A stretch of DNA of 64,000 nt from Lama guanicoe (Eukaryota). Below the pieces are notes generated by a model that saw only the letters and a list, made by a program, of their open reading frames with translations, was not told the DNA's origin and searched no databases. Location of the stretch: contig MU053513.1 of the NCBI GenBank assembly GCA_013239625.1, positions 1,104,927 through 1,168,926 on the forward strand, given 5' to 3'. Shown here piece after piece: positions 14,890 to 29,500 of this stretch. Both the position numbers and the translations under genes were made by a program. Every line of letters starts with the position of its first letter. Position 1 is the first letter of the stretch.

Positions 14890-15262
14890 TTTGCATTAGT
14901 CAGCTCGGGCTGCCATAACGAAGTATCGTGGACTGAATGCCTTAAACAACAGCTATGTGTTTTCTCACAGATCTGAAGGCTGGCAGTCTCAGATCAGGGT
15001 GCCAGGAGGTCAGGCTCCGGTGGGGGCCCTCCTCCTGGCTCGCAGAAGGCTGCCTTCCTGCCGGGTCCTCGCCTGCTGGAGAGTGCCCTCAGCTGTCTCC
15101 TCCTCTTCCAATAAGAGCACCAGTTCTAAAGAATCAGGATTCCACCTTTATGCTCTCTTTCAACTTTAATTATCTCCTTAAATCTCCTGTGTCCATGACA
15201 GTCACATGGAGGGTTAGGGCTTCAACACAAATCTGGAGGAGACACAATTCAGTTCATAGCAG
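14890..15262 (-). mobile_element. MLT1A/B-like LTR
   Basis: ttagtcagctcgggctgccataac...gggttagggcttcaacaca...acacaattcagttcatagca. Confidence 0.8.
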
Positions 15263-16522
15263 CCTTTATACCAAAGAATACAGTCTTTCCCCTCCACCAT
15301 TTTGCCCATCTGTCTGGCAAAGGTACTTCACCAGTGTTTAATGCCGCAGAGTGCATACGCATTTCCATTAAAAATTGTTATATATTTAGAGCGGAGTAAG
15401 ATTAGGCATAGCCATAATGTTGGTTATAAAACACCAACCAGTTATTTTAATTCTGTAACATCTTCATTTTTGTTCTGTCTTCAAAATACATTGTTGGAAC
15501 AAGAGAAAGTAAATCTGAGTGGAATGAATGTAAATATCTCCTTGGTTTTTATACCTACACTTGGTAAAAATGGAAAAATTAGTCATCATGAGAATCAGAA
15601 AGCCCTTCTAGAAGCCTTAAAGAAACAGAGCTGATCTGCAGCGGAGGACCGATAATGCTTTTCCCAACACCTTGTTTCCTCAGTTTTATTCACTGCTTAT
15701 CCCATTTTTAGAAGCTATTGTACAAAAATGTATGTTTTCTAAAGTTTGACCATGTCCTAAGAAAAAGAAAGAGAAAGTAGATTACCCCCAGATAAGCAAG
15801 GTTTAGCTTTGCCCATCACTAGAGGAATAGCCTGTCAAAATATAGCAGGTGCATGCCAAGGAATAATGACAGATAGCAGTTAGAAGTAACAGCAACTTGC
15901 ACATTTCTTAGGAACATAGTATTGAGTGGAAAAAAATAAGAGACAAAAATCAATAGTGTAATACTATGCATAAAAATTAAAAATATGCACATGCACAAAA
16001 CATACATATTTTACAAGTGTACATACACTGTCAAGGTAGACATCAAATACACGGGCCTGAGTACCTATGGAGAGACTGACTTGGAAGTCCAGGAAAAGAG
16101 GAAAGCATTCCGAAAAAAAAGAACAAGAGAGGAGTTTGCAACCTGTGATGATGGTGAGCGGACTATGAGTGGCTCAGATATTCGTACTTGAGGTGCGGAA
16201 GGAGGGAAGGCGGAAAGAATAAAGATAGGGGAAAGGAGGGAGGAAGAGGGGGAAATGAGCATGGGGTGGAAGCAGGAAAAAAATAATGGTGAATAGAACT
16301 CTCTTCGGATCACGTCCGTTCATTGCGTTTTTGGTCCCAAGCCCCTCGGGGTGTACTCATGGACCATTGCTGAGTGTGGACCAAAGTTGAAGTCGTAGCT
16401 CAGAGTGTCAAAGAGCATCAGAGAAGCAAATAATGCAAGCTCGGATAGAAGGGTTAGACATGAAAGGCGCTGCCAAATGGCCCTTTTTCTTTCCTTGAGC
16501 CTCCGAGTCTATCCTGACTTAT

Positions 16523-16541
16523 GGGTGCCATCTGCTGGTCC
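16523..16541 (-). promoter_or_regulatory. Candidate CTCF site
   Basis: Minus strand GGACCAGCAGATGGCACCC matches the CTCF core. Confidence 0.5.
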
Positions 16542-17719
16542 TTTCAGTTAATCGCCTCTCCAAAACACTGCTTGACTTGGCCTTCACAGTTATTTGGAAG
16601 CCAGTACTGAGAGCCTTGTCACTCAGATACTCCATTTCTTGCTACAGGTGTCATCTCTGAGGCAACCTCTTTCCCCCATACTGGTAGGTTCCATCTTAAG
16701 CGTTTTCTTTGTTAGCAAACCTCCGCAGAGTTCATTCCTCTGTTAAAAGTACTTTTTCAGGGGGAAAACAGAATGTAGCTTCTGACAGAGGCAAGGAAAC
16801 TATTTCCCAGTTTTCTCTAAACATCAGCTTTGATTTTCCTTTTCCAAAGCTGGAAACATGCCTTGGACCTGAGCTGTCCTTACATACACCTAAACTGCAC
16901 TTGTAACACTTTCCCATTTGAATTAAAAAGATTTCCATAAACTGATTTGCATACAGTCCTGGAGAGAGATTTCTAAGGTTTTTTTTTTAACTTCAGTGTA
17001 GATTTCCCAACTATCTTACTCACCGTTGGATGTGTATTATCAAATGCCCTTATTATCTTACTGTCATTTCCCATCTTTCTGTTTTAATTTTCTCATTTAT
17101 CAGACTCTGGCTCGATTCAGAAAAAGGATAAATGTCAGCATGTGTAATGCTGTTTCAGCCAGACAGCCGGTCACTCACTTCATTACTGATGGTCTCTCTG
17201 AACATGTGGAGGAATCTAGTCAAGTCTTGTACTTGTTCATAAGTAGAAGCCGTTCGTTAACAATTGCAACATTTCGACAACAACCCCCAAAAATCCTGTC
17301 TCATTCCACATTCCCTTCTTGACAGAACAGTGCATCATGTTGAATCACTTCTCATTCATGTTTAGTCTTTGTTACTTGAAAAAGGAGGGAAAAACTCAAG
17401 CAAGTTATTTCTGGAGCAAACACCGAGAATAACCATGAAACTGACACGCCATCTTCCCTCCCTTGATGGTGTGGCTATTAAGCGGCAGGAGTTGATTCTA
17501 GGAACAGATTGTCCTCAGACTATTTCCCTCAAATCCCATATGACTATAATGCTGTTGTTATGGGGAAAGACGAGGGAATCTCCTGAGGATCTTGAACACC
17601 ATGGAGGACATGAGGCCCTGAGACAGGGATCAGGACACAACCCACCCACCACTGTGCTCATATGGCCTGTAAGTGAAGAATGTTCTTCACGTTTTACATG
17701 GTGGAAGAAAATGTCAAAA

Positions 17720-17945
17720 GAAGAATAATATTTCATGATACATGAAAACTATATGAAATTTAAATTTCAGTATCCATAAATAAAATGCTATTGGAGCACA
17801 GCCATTCTCATGTATGCACTTCTTGTCCCTGGCTGCTTTTGTAATACAACAGTAGAGTTCTGTAGTTGAAACAGAGACCACATGATCCACTAAGCTGAAC
17901 ATATTTACCAACTGGTCTCTCCAGGAAAAGGTCACCAATTTTGAC
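17720..17945 (+). mobile_element. MER58-like hAT (Charlie) DNA transposon fragment
   Basis: aaatttcagtatccataaataaaatgctattggagcacagcca...gtagttgaaacagagacc...atatttacc. Confidence 0.7.
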
Positions 17946-17983
17946 CTTAAGGCAGAATTCTGCCTTAAGGTCAAAATTGGTGA
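17932..17983. repeat. Perfect 52-bp palindrome with no spacer
   Basis: tcaccaattttgaccttaaggcagaa|ttctgccttaaggtcaaaattggtga; arms 26/26 complementary. Confidence 0.98.
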
Positions 17984-19679
17984 ATGAGAGTTGAGGGCTA
18001 CAATGTCCTCTGTAGAGTCTCCAGCCAGAGACCCCAGTGAATGGGTTTCCAGGGAAAACATGGGAACCAGTGCAGCCAGCCCCTTACTCTCAGAATCTAT
18101 TGCTCTTCTTTCCTCATCCATTTAGTCTTTTTATCGTCTGACACTGGTCTCAAGAATCTTGAGGTTACCCTGCCAAATTCAAAAGGTTCTAAACTCATTT
18201 GGCAAAAAGGGGTCCTTTTTTTTTTCTAGAGCCACTCCATTCCCATCCAGAGGGTTAGTCAAAATTCTCAAGTCTTTGTATATCCAACCAGAAGTGTCCC
18301 ATGCATCTAAAAGCAAGTGTGCACTTTTTCAGAAATGCACTGAAGATTGCTAACTACAAAAAAAAAAAGAGAGAGAGAGAGAGAATATTGAGGTTCCCTT
18401 ATCGCTGTGTCCAAGGTGTGCTAGTTCACCTTGGACTACACACGCACACAAAGGAAGGGCTTGTGCTGGGCAATTCCCTTAGAAACCTCAATTTCTGGTG
18501 GCCTGTGGAGACTAGGTATAAATAAAGAGTTAAAAAGCTCCAGGTATCTACACCAAAAACAGGTTCAGTTTCTCCAGAGTAGGGTCCTTCTTCATTTTAT
18601 ACTATAAAATGAGGGCAGAAGCCAAGCAGACAGATGGTCCACTTCCTTATGGTTCGTTTCCTTCAGGACCTTGCCCGTGAAGTGATGAGTTCTTTGGTAC
18701 TGCTGAATTCCTATTTTATATCATTAGCCCAGTGAGACTAAAGCAAGTTTTAAGCCTCCGCTTTTGTTAGCTTTTAACCTTCAAGGCTGTGCCTTAAAGG
18801 GTAAAAGTTTCAGAGAAAGAAGAGCTCACCTTGGTATATATATTTTTTTCTTGTTTCTGGTTATCTTGGTTTCTCTCTAGTGCCCTTAAGTAGCTGTTAT
18901 TACTGACTGATTCTTTTTTTTAAAAATTGAATCCTGTTTTTATTGTTTGTTCTGAGACAGGAAGTTTGTTCTGATGCAAGATACTCTCTTAAAACCAGAG
19001 ATGGAACTATTTTTTTTCTTTCTTTTTATAGTAAATAGGGATGGCAAGTCTTTTTCTACTAGGATTGTCAGATGATAAAGTTGTCTGCTTCCTTCCAACA
19101 AAGAGTGACTTTAGGCTGGAAATCCTGGGAGATGCCTTTAGAGAATACAGTATATTTTCACCGAGTGTCCAAGGGATGCACTTTACAACAGGAGAGATAA
19201 TGTAACTGTGCGCCACGGAAGAGTCCACACGATGACCTACAGAACAGAAATTTGTCCCAAGGACATCTTCAGAAGGTGAGATGCCATTGAGAGACTATAA
19301 CTGTACGATGACTACTCATGTCTGTGCTGCCACTGGAAACCCCCACTTGTCCCTTCCGTCACGGTTTCATGCAGGTACTGAGCCCAAGACAGAGTGCTCA
19401 GAACTGAATTACCTCTGTCATTCTCTCTTCACTATTGCCTTGTCTCTCAGTGAACTTAAGTATTTATTTCCCCAAATTGTAGAAGTGGAGAATGACAACA
19501 TGTGGTTAACTGATTTCTTAAAAGCAGGCCTTGCTGTAAGCTAGTCATAGGCAGTGCAGTGTTTTTCATTCATGGAAATTCTGGAAATGCTTTAATTAAC
19601 CTTATAGAAACGTTGTTAACTTGAAACAGATTCTGCAACAAGTTATACTTCCTAGATTCACATTTTAAATGGTGGAAGA

Positions 19680-20798
19680 AAATATCAAAAGAACAGAGCA
19701 TGAATCAATCAAACGGAAAACAGGAAAGCAATAGAGAAAATCAGTGGAACCAAAGTTTATTCTTTGTAATGATCAAGTAAGTTGATAAAATTGATTAAAA
19801 CCTAGTTAGACTGATCAAAAAGAAAAGGAAAAATTTAAAAAGAGACATCACTGTAGATCTTACTTTCATTTAAAAAATAATAAGGAAATATTATGAACAG
19901 CTTTACGCTAATAAATTTGGCATATGGACAATATGCTTGAAAGATATGAATTATGAAAAGATATCCAAAATAAAATAGAAAATATAAATAGTCCTACAGC
20001 AATTACTGAATTAGAATTTCTAATCAAAATCTTTACCACAAAGAAATTTCCAGGCTCAGAAAGATTCAATGGTAAATTCCATCAAACATCTAAGGAAAAA
20101 TAATATGAATCCTACACAAAGTATTTCAAAAAAATAAAAGAGGACACTTTCAATTCATGTAACCAAAATCAAAGACACCTCCAGGAAAAAAAAAACTATA
20201 CTAAATTCCCGTAAACACAGACACAACTTCATAAATATATAGACACAAAAACACATGAAGGCCAAGAATGGCTTATACAGATGATAAATGATCAGTTCAA
20301 CATTCAAAAATAAATCATTCCCCATATAAATAAAACAGGAAAAACCCATATGATCATCACAATAGATGCAGAAGAAAAGTGAACAAAATTAAATTCCCAT
20401 TTATGATAAAATCTTTGAAAACTAGGAATAAAAAGGAACTCTAACATGATGAAAGGCATCTGGAAAAACCTACAGCTAGATTGAAAAAGACAAATTTATT
20501 TTGTATCGCACAGGGAACTATACTCAATATCTTGTAATAACCTTAATGGTAAAGAATATGAAAACTTATATGGATGAGTGGGGCATTACAGGATACACCA
20601 GAAATTGATACACTGTAACTGACAGTACTTCAATTAAAAAAAAATTTTTAAAGAAAACCCCACAGCTAATATCACTCTTGAAAGTGAAAGGCTCAAAACT
20701 TTCTAACTAAGATCACAAATAAGAAAAGAATGTCTGTCTCGCTCCTTCTGTTCAACCTTGGGATGGAGGTCTTAACTAGCCAGTTTAACAAGGCAAAT

Positions 20799-20848
<50 letters not shown>

Positions 20849-21200
20849 GATTGATAAAGTCAAGGAATAAATATTGGAAAGAAAAACTAACACTGACTTT
20901 GTCTTCCCAGGACATTGTCATGTGCACAGAAAATCCTAATGAATTTATACAAAATCTACTAGAACTAATAAAAAAAAATTCAGCAAGTTCACAGGATACA
21001 GTCAATAATACAAAAATCAATTCTACTGCTGTATCATCACAATTAAAATTTTAAAATAAATTTAGAAACTAACATCATTTATGAGAAAACCAAGAGATGA
21101 AATATTTAGGAATAAGTTTAGCAAAGAGGGGCCAAATTTGTGCAATGAAGACTAACACATTGCAAAGGAGAATTAAAGGAGATATAAATAGATACACTGA
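19680..21200 (+). mobile_element. Old L1 ORF2 fragment with a nested young L1 tail and a (GATA)n repeat
   Basis: catatgatcatcacaatagatgcagaa (HMIITIDAE) and ctactagaactaataaaa. Nested tail ~20479-20650 between imperfect direct repeats aaaacc(t/c)(a/c)acagcta. (GATA)n at ~20800-20850. Confidence 0.85.
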
Positions 21201-21429
21201 GATAGTGGCAAAATATTGCTCTTTAATTTTACTGTTTACCTTTGACAGATTTTGAAATTAATTTCGTGATGACCTCATGAAATAAGTTTGGAGGTGTTCT
21301 GGGTTCCCATTTTATCTATTCTGTGTGTAAAATATGTAAGATATTTTGAAGAATTTACTTGGGAATAAGCTTTTCTTTGTGGATGGGTTTATTTTTTAAT
21401 TTGAATATTTCATAGCTTAATTAAGGATT

Positions 21430-21650
21430 CTGTTAGGCAGAGAGAGCAAATCCCTCCTTCTGCCATCTTTTTATTCTATTGAGGCCCTCAACAGATTGGG
21501 TGATGGCCACCCGTACTGGGGAGGGCAATGCACTTCATTCAATCTCTTGATTCAAATGCTGGAAACATCCTCACAGACGTAGCCGGAAATAATGCCTAAC
21601 CAGACATCTGGACATTCCATGATCCAATCAGATCCTAAAATTAACTCTTA
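21430..21650 (+). mobile_element. MLT2-like (ERVL) LTR 3' fragment
   Basis: tattctattgaggccctcaacagattgggtgatggccacccgtactggggagggcaat...aaattaac is the characteristic MLT2 3' part. Confidence 0.7.
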
Positions 21651-22580
21651 GATATGGCTATGCTATAAATACCACAATTTGTTTATTCATTCATCAGCTG
21701 GTGGGCATCTGGGTTATTTATAGGTTTTGCTATTATAAGTAATGCTGCAATAAGCATGAATGCACAAGTCTTTGAATGGATATATTTTGTCATTTCCATT
21801 AGATAAATACTTAGAGTGGGATTGCTGGATCAGATAATCTTAAGTTTGTAAGACACTGTCAAACTATCTTCCTAAATTAATGTGCTATTTTGAATTTCCA
21901 CAGCAAAGTATGAGAGTTTCAGTTGCTTCACGTCTTGATCAGAAGTATTGTCCATCTTCCTGACTTGAGCCACTTGGGTGAGTGCCTATTGGTATCTCTT
22001 GGAAGTTATCGTCTGCATCTTCCTGATGACTACTGATGTCTAGCATCCTTTGTGATTATTGGCCACTTTTGTGAAGTGCCGGTCAAACTGTTGCCCATTA
22101 AAAAATGTTTTTTTCTTATCTTTGAGTAAGAGTCCTTTTTATGCTCTGGATAAGGTCTTTGTTTACTTTTCTGGATATCAGCTTTTTGTTGATCCAGTTT
22201 CAATTTTTTTCTCCCAGTCTGTGGCTTTCTTGACTATGTGTTTCAAAATGAAAATGTTTTAAATTTTCATCTAATCCATTTTCAATTTTTTTTCTTAGGT
22301 AGTTTTTAATATTAAGAAATCTACCTAACTCAATGTCAAAAAAAAACACCTTGTCTTAAGTTTGCGTTTAGAAATTTAATAATTTGAGCTCTTCTATTTA
22401 ACTTTATGACATGTTTTGAGTTATTGTTTGTCTATGGGGTGAGGTAAGGGTTAGAGGGTTTTTTTACCCTATGCATTTGTTTATCTATTTGTTCCAGCAC
22501 TTTTTAAAAGGTTATCTTTTCCTATTAAATGATTTTGTCACTTTGATTGGAAATCAATCGAACATTTAAGCATGAATGTC
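21650..22580 (-). mobile_element. Old L1M 3' region
   Basis: ccacaatttgtttattcattcatcagctggtgggcatctgggtt, gggattgctggatc and ttgttccagcac phrases. Confidence 0.75.
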
Positions 22581-25500
22581 CCTTCTGATGCATTTTCACA
22601 GCCCCTGTAAGAAAACACCACATTAGAACAGAGTCACTTATTTGAGCCCCGGCGGGACCCCTCCTAATGAGTCATTTGTGGGAAGGACTCTCAAAGATGG
22701 AGTTAGTTTCTGTTAATGACTTGTACAGCCAAGATGCTACCTGATTCTCCACCTGCTTGCATATCCAGGTAATTTCTGGTAGGCACCTGAGAAGAGTGAA
22801 ATAAACAACGTTTTTCTTTAGATATTTTAAACTTAGTCTTACTGTGCACTGAAGGCTTTCCTTCTTTTTGATTTTGGTGAGGGGATTTGATTATCCCTGA
22901 GGTGTCATACAAATTAATAAATAATGATGTAAAAGAGTGGATGGATGACAATTAGCCCTTGTGAGTCTTTGTCTCATAATCCTGTATAATATCCTTAATT
23001 TCTGCAATATATTTGTAACAATTGGCATTAAGGGAAAGCAATAATAATAAATGTGCAGGGAAAATAGTGTAGTTAATATTTTGTGGTTTGATGATGTATA
23101 CTGGTTCTAATGCAAGCGATTCATTTTGTGATGAATAGCAAAAAAGAGGAAACATGAAATTAGCAGGTGAACAGAACCACCTCGCCATCATCCTGGCCAG
23201 TGATCACTGCTGAAGCTCCCAGTGAGCTCCAAGATCATTCTTTCTCAGTGCAGTCATGTTCCCAGTTTATCCAGTCCTCTCTCCCACTGCTCTTCCTTCT
23301 TCTCACTATCTGCATGGACCGTCACTCTCCTCTCCTCCCCCTGCCCAGGTCTCATCGCCAGTTATGAACTTGTCTCTTCTTGGTCCCGGACTTAACCTGG
23401 TTGAAGTAATGAAGTGATATTCTCGCTTCTCTGGGCATACAGGGTAGTCATTTGAGCTCACAAATGGCAAACTGGGACCAATTACAGATATTTGGTGCAT
23501 CATTTGGTAATTTTAAATGAAGTATGAAAACAGAATAAACATAGATTGATTTTTATATCTTACTTTGATTCTACTTGGGGGCGGATTGTGAAAAAACTTG
23601 TTATGAATAGAAAACTACGAAAAGGTGAGATAAAAGTCACAGAAAGAAAGTTTGTAACTTAAGGGCACCAGTGTCTTAAGGATTTATCCCACCGCTTGCA
23701 CAACAAAGATACCTTTCAAAACTTAGTTCTATCACTTGGAATCTCATGTGTTAGAAGGATTTACTTCATAGAGTTTTTACTGCCTGTCCCATACATGCAA
23801 ATATTTACATTGGGACTTTGATAGTTATAATATCCTAGAATTTCAGACCTGGAAATCAGCTTAATTAATCTTGTGAAGTCCAAGCTCCTAACTTTACAAA
23901 TAAAACCCCTAAATCTTACAGAAGGAAAGAAATTAACCTCCAATCATAGTGCTACTTAGCAATAGAGCAAAATGTGGAATCTCTGCTGCCAGAGTCTCAT
24001 TTAATGCTGTATCCCTCAGACTCTAGAATCTAGAACAATACCTTCCCTACACAGTGGACATTCCCATGAATAATAATCATAAAGGTTGGAAGGAATGCTT
24101 TTTCTTGAATGCAAAGAGGAGTTCATTGTTATAACTTAGGATTCACGTGACTTTCAGGATATACATTCTTTCCGTGCATATGGAATGCATAGAAAATGTA
24201 GCCCAGGTGAATGTTAAATGTTTTTAACAACAAAATATGCTTGGAAAAGGAGCAAAATTAGCACACTAAAGGAGTGAGTCTCAAAAACCCATATGCTGAG
24301 ACTCTTGAAGAAAATCTCAAGTTTGTAGAGATTACAGAATAACTGCAAGTTTCTAGATATTGAGCTCTTGGAATGACTGACGACTGTATGTCGAAATGCA
24401 TGCCCTTGGCCCTGCAATGATGCAGTTAGATTGTCTCATTGTAAACCAAGCTGGGCCCTCAACAGCCCCCATCCACATCCCTGAACGGAACTACCTCACC
24501 ATCCAGTTCTCACTGTGACCAAACTTTGTGCAGAATGTCCTTCCTAAGACACTTGCATAGTTTGTGGCTCAATCAAGAATGTTGCTAAACAGGTGAATTA
24601 TCTCCCCCCAGGATGCTGGGAAGTTTGTAGCTTGATGCACCACTGGGGAGTATGCTGTTTGAAGCTATAGGTACTGCACACACACTGACCAACCCTAACA
24701 TTTGTGTTAATAAATCACAACCACTGGTAAAGGAAAAGCATGCTGGCCACAACTGTCACCCTCTGTAGCCTTGTCTTGCAAAAGAGATAGAAACCTTTTT
24801 TGTATTTAGAAGAACAAGACTATCTTTTAAAAAATTCAGTAGCTTTTCTTTTTTCTAAATGAATTAGACTCATGCCAATGATGGTGAATTCTCCAAAGAG
24901 TGAGGCGAAAATCTTGACATCTATTTTAGCTTCACCCTCCCCATGCCTCAGGGAGACAGTTCTTTCCTTACTATCTCTGAGCTAAAAGAAGTCCTCCCCG
25001 GTGTCCACAGAGAGATACTGTGCTCCACAGTCCCTGGGCTGTGAGTGGAGACTGACCATTCAGGTAATGACCTCACAGCGCACAGTCTACACTAATTATG
25101 GCACTAAAGAAAGCGTTAAATCTGTGGGGATTTTTAGTCAAGCAATAGCCAAATGTGTTTTTAATATTAGGAGAAAAGGACATATACATAAATCACTATA
25201 CTGTAAAGCAAAAATTACTGCTACCAGAGACGCATGATCAACGTACTATAAAGTACCGATGGAACACTTTACTTCACTGATAGTGTGGGAAAAGTTATAA
25301 AATGGCGTGGCATTCAAATTGGGCTTTGAACAATTGGTTAAATTCTAATAGGGAAAAAACGTAGAGACTGTGTTCTGTGCCGCAGGAGTAGTGAAGGCAT
25401 GAACATTTATCCTATGTTCAGGAATGGACAGAAAACCGGAGGTTGTAATGTAAGTTGTGGGGAAGAGAAGAAGTTACGGGATGGTCGACTGGACTTTTGC

Positions 25501-25901
25501 CTTCAGACGTGTTTCTCAGGCTGGCATCCAATTCCATTCTATATCATAGCAAAGCCTGCCCCTACAGCTTGCTTTTTCCAGGCTCCCACCTCAGCCAGTT
25601 GGCGGCTGGGTTTGGCCAGTGGGAGATACCAGCTAGAGACTAGAGGGCAGTGGTGCGGAGATCCAGGGGCTGTCTGCTCCTCTCTCACTCTTGGGTGTGA
25701 CTCCCAGCAGCAACTCTTGTCTTCTTCATGGCTCCACCGTCCACGGGCCACTCCCACCCTGTACGGTGTCACTGCGCACCAGGAAACCCCACCCCCCATA
25801 CTTGGAGTTTCAGCCAAAGATCTCTGGCTTCTTGGTTCTGTTAACACCATCTCATCGCCTTTCTCTCTGCCTCAAGGGCAGTAGCAGCTTCCTCTTTCAG
25901 C

Positions 25902-26390
25902 TGAAGGAACTCAGAATGTGTCGCCCCAAAATACGCCTCCCTGATATAAAAATGATTTTGAACTGAAGACATCTAAGAAGAAGGACGAGCTCTCTCTACC
26001 TTCCCCTCTTCTGCCTAAAGGCTGGGTATAAATTCTCCCTTCACTGAAAATTCTTGTCAGCCCACAAATAGTGCCAGAACAACCTGCTGAAAACCTCATT
26101 CCATTAGTTCCTGCCCAAATATTTACTGTCCCACAGTTTGTCATCCTTGGAAGCCTAAAGCTGCTTTCCTTTGTCCTGTCATTTCTCTACAGATGCATTG
26201 TTCCTTGTTGAAGATGCTATATAAGCTGGAGTTCTAAGCCACAGCTTTGAGTTACTATTTGTTGAGGTTTCTCCTCCATGATGCACACTCCAAGTGTAAA
26301 TAAATGATTTTTCTCTTGTTAATCTTTTTGTTAAAGAACCCCAGTTGACAGCTTAAGATTGGCAGAGATAGCGTTTTGGCTCCCCTACAT
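25902..26390 (+). mobile_element. ERV1-type solo LTR, nested in older LTR sequence
   Basis: tgaaggaactcagaatgtgtcgccccaaaatacgcc start, tatataagc TATA at ~26218, aataaa at ~26299, end ...ctcccctaca. Confidence 0.7.
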
Positions 26391-26595
26391 AGCTAAACTA
26401 CAACTTGCTTCTCTAGCTTTCATTTGGCTTCTCAGCTTTTCCACCACTTTGTTTAAAAGACCTGGAGTTGCTTCTGGTTTCTACCAGGAGCCTGTGAGTA
26501 CAGATGGCCATTAAGACTGACCAATAAAAGAAATAATGGCTTCAGATCCACCTCTCTTTGCCTTTTCCTACCTTAGTCCTCTATATTTGAAAATA

Positions 26596-29500
26596 TAGTT
26601 GACCCTTGAACAATGCAGGGGTTAAGGGTACCTATCCTTTACGCACAATCAAAAATCAAGTACAATTTTTTTAACATTTTTTATTGATTTATAATCATTT
26701 TACAATGTTGTGTCAAATTCCAGTGTTCAGCACAATTTTTCAGTCATTCATGGACATATACACACTCATTGTCACATTTTTTTCTCTGTGATTTATCATA
26801 ACATTTTCTGTATATTTCCCTGTGCTATACAGTGTAATCTTGTTTAAAAATCAAGTACAATTTTTGACTCAAAACTTAACTATTCATAGCTCACTGTTAG
26901 TGAGAAGTCTTACCAATAACATAAACAGCCAATAACACATATTTTGTATGTTATAGGTATTATATACTGTATTTGTACAATAAAGTAAGCCAGAGAGAAG
27001 GAAATTTTATGAAGAAAATCATAAGGAAGAAAAAATACACTTGCAGTACTGTTATTGTATTTATCAATACTGTAAGTTTACATCATGTGTTTACAAGATG
27101 AATCATCTGTCTGTCAGTATCTACATCAATATTGCCTCACATAATACAAAACACTATAGATGTTCTACATAGTACTAACACTAGACCAAAATGAAAAGAT
27201 AATGTGAAAAATAAATTCATATGTATTTCCAAGTATGATGATTCATGCATTGATAATGGGAGGCAGCAATACAATTGATTCAGGGTAGCCTAGCCTATAT
27301 ACTAGTGAATGAATCAGTATAAAATTTTAGGGCATACAGTAAGTATGACAGTCATATTAATAATATAGTATTAGAAACACTGCTGAATTTTTTAGAAACC
27401 ACTTACCCATAATGATAGGCTGATACACAGTTTCTCCAGTTATGAAAGAGGTATACTGTACGGTAATGCAATTCTTTGAAAGCAAAGTTATAAAACAGTA
27501 AGGAAACTAACACATTATTAATTTTATATTAAATATCACTCACCTTATGCCTATATAAGATAGGCTGTCCATTTCAATACAAGCCTTGTGCACAATGTCT
27601 TACAAGATAAGCACCTCGGTGATGATGATGATGATGGCACAAGAATGTCTCCTATGGTTCTTGCCATACAGTTACTAGATTTTCACACAAAGACAGACAT
27701 ACACAAAAGATAAGTTTATCAACTATGGAGCATGATGATCATTTACTGTTTATTAAGTGGAAGTGGATCATCATAAAGGTCTTCGTCTTCATCTTCACAT
27801 TGAGTAGGCTGCAGAGGAGGTGGAAGAGGATGGGTTGGTCTCGCTGTCTCAGGGGTGGCAGAGGTGGACGAGGTGGAGGAGGCAGAAGGAAAGACAGGAG
27901 AGGCAGGCACACTCAGTGTGACTTTACAAAAACACATCATAATTTCTGTCTGACATTTTTGCTTTTCTTTCTCTAAAAACATTTCCATATGGAATTTCTT
28001 CTTCTACCGTTCACTTTAGTTTCAATGCTCCTATCATAGAAGGGTCCATCCTTGTCACAAAAGCAGTCTGGAAACTTTGGAACCTTTCTGTCGGATTATC
28101 TAATGTCAGTTTGTTTCTGGCACTGTTTCTCTACATCTTCTTCCTCACCCTCTGGCACTGGTTTGGAAGAACTCAGTCATCTTCTGTTAGTTCCTCTGGC
28201 GTAGTGTCTGTTAGCTCTTGAATTTCTCCAAGAGCCATAGATTGAAGCCCCTCACTCCCTACCTTTTTTGCCATACTCACAGTCTCTCTCATGATGTCCT
28301 TGATTGGCTCTGTGGTAAATCCTGTGAAGTCACGCACAACATCTGGACATAGTTTTCTCCAGGAGGAATTTCTTGTTTTAGGCTTGGTGACTTTCACAGG
28401 TTTTTCTATAATAATAATGGCATCTTCAGTGGTGTAACTCTTCCAGACTTTCATGATGTTCACTCTATCAGAGTTCTCTTCCATAGCGTTGACAATCATT
28501 TTTCTAGAGTACCGTGTGTGATGAGCCTTAAAGCTCTTTATGACCCCCTGATCTAGAGGCTGAATTAGAAGCATTATGTTTGGGGGCAAGGAGAGCATTT
28601 CAGTGCCTTTGGTGTTGAGCTCATGGAGTTCTGTGTGGCCAGAGACATTGTCCAATATCAAAAGAACCTTTAAAGTTTATCTGTTACTGGTGAGGTGTTT
28701 CCTGACTTCAGGGACAAAGCAGCAATGGAACCAGTCTAGAAAAAGAATTCTCATTGTCCAGGCCTTCTTGCTGTACAACCAGAAGACTGGCAGTTGGCGT
28801 TTATCTTTTCCCTTCAAGGCTCAGAGGTTAGCAGTTTTACAGATCATAAACCCAACTGCATTTGCACAAAACAGTGCAGTGAGCCTATCCCTTCCTGCTT
28901 TAAATCCTGGTGCTTGTTTCTCTTCCTTGCTAATGAATGTCCTTCGTGGCTTTTTATTTCCCCCAGAATAGGGCACTTTAATCTGTATTAAAAACCCGTT
29001 CAAGGGCTATCCTTTCTCCTCAATGATTTTGTTAATAGCATCTGGGAATTCATCTCCTGCCTCTTGGTGGCCGGAAGCTGCTTCTCCTATTACCTTGACC
29101 TTTTTTCAAGCCAAACCTCTTTGTGAAAGTATCAAACCATCCTTTGCTGGCATTGAATTCTCTGGCTTTAGGTCCTTCACCTTCCTTTTGCTTTAAGTTG
29201 ACATATAATGACTTTGTTTTATTTTCTTCAAGTCATATTAAACTCTGAAGACATGCCCACACGCACATAAAAGCTGCATTTTCAATACAAGATAAAAAAG
29301 GATTTCACAAAACGTGCAAACTTTTCCTGCCTGCTGATGTAGCTGCAGCAATGGCTTCATGAATTTCCTTTTCTACTTTTCAGTGGTCCTTACGCTGGAT
29401 TCATTTATCTTGAAATGGCAGGCAATAGCACTGCAAACCTCAGTCTAGGGGACATAACAAGCAATTCAACTTCTCCTTGTAACGCCGTGACTTTTCTCTG

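Noticed and set aside
28173..29003. Transposase ORFs as a domesticated TIGD-like gene
   Set aside because: Fragmented across frames and enclosed by TIRs with TA flanks; a decayed transposon.
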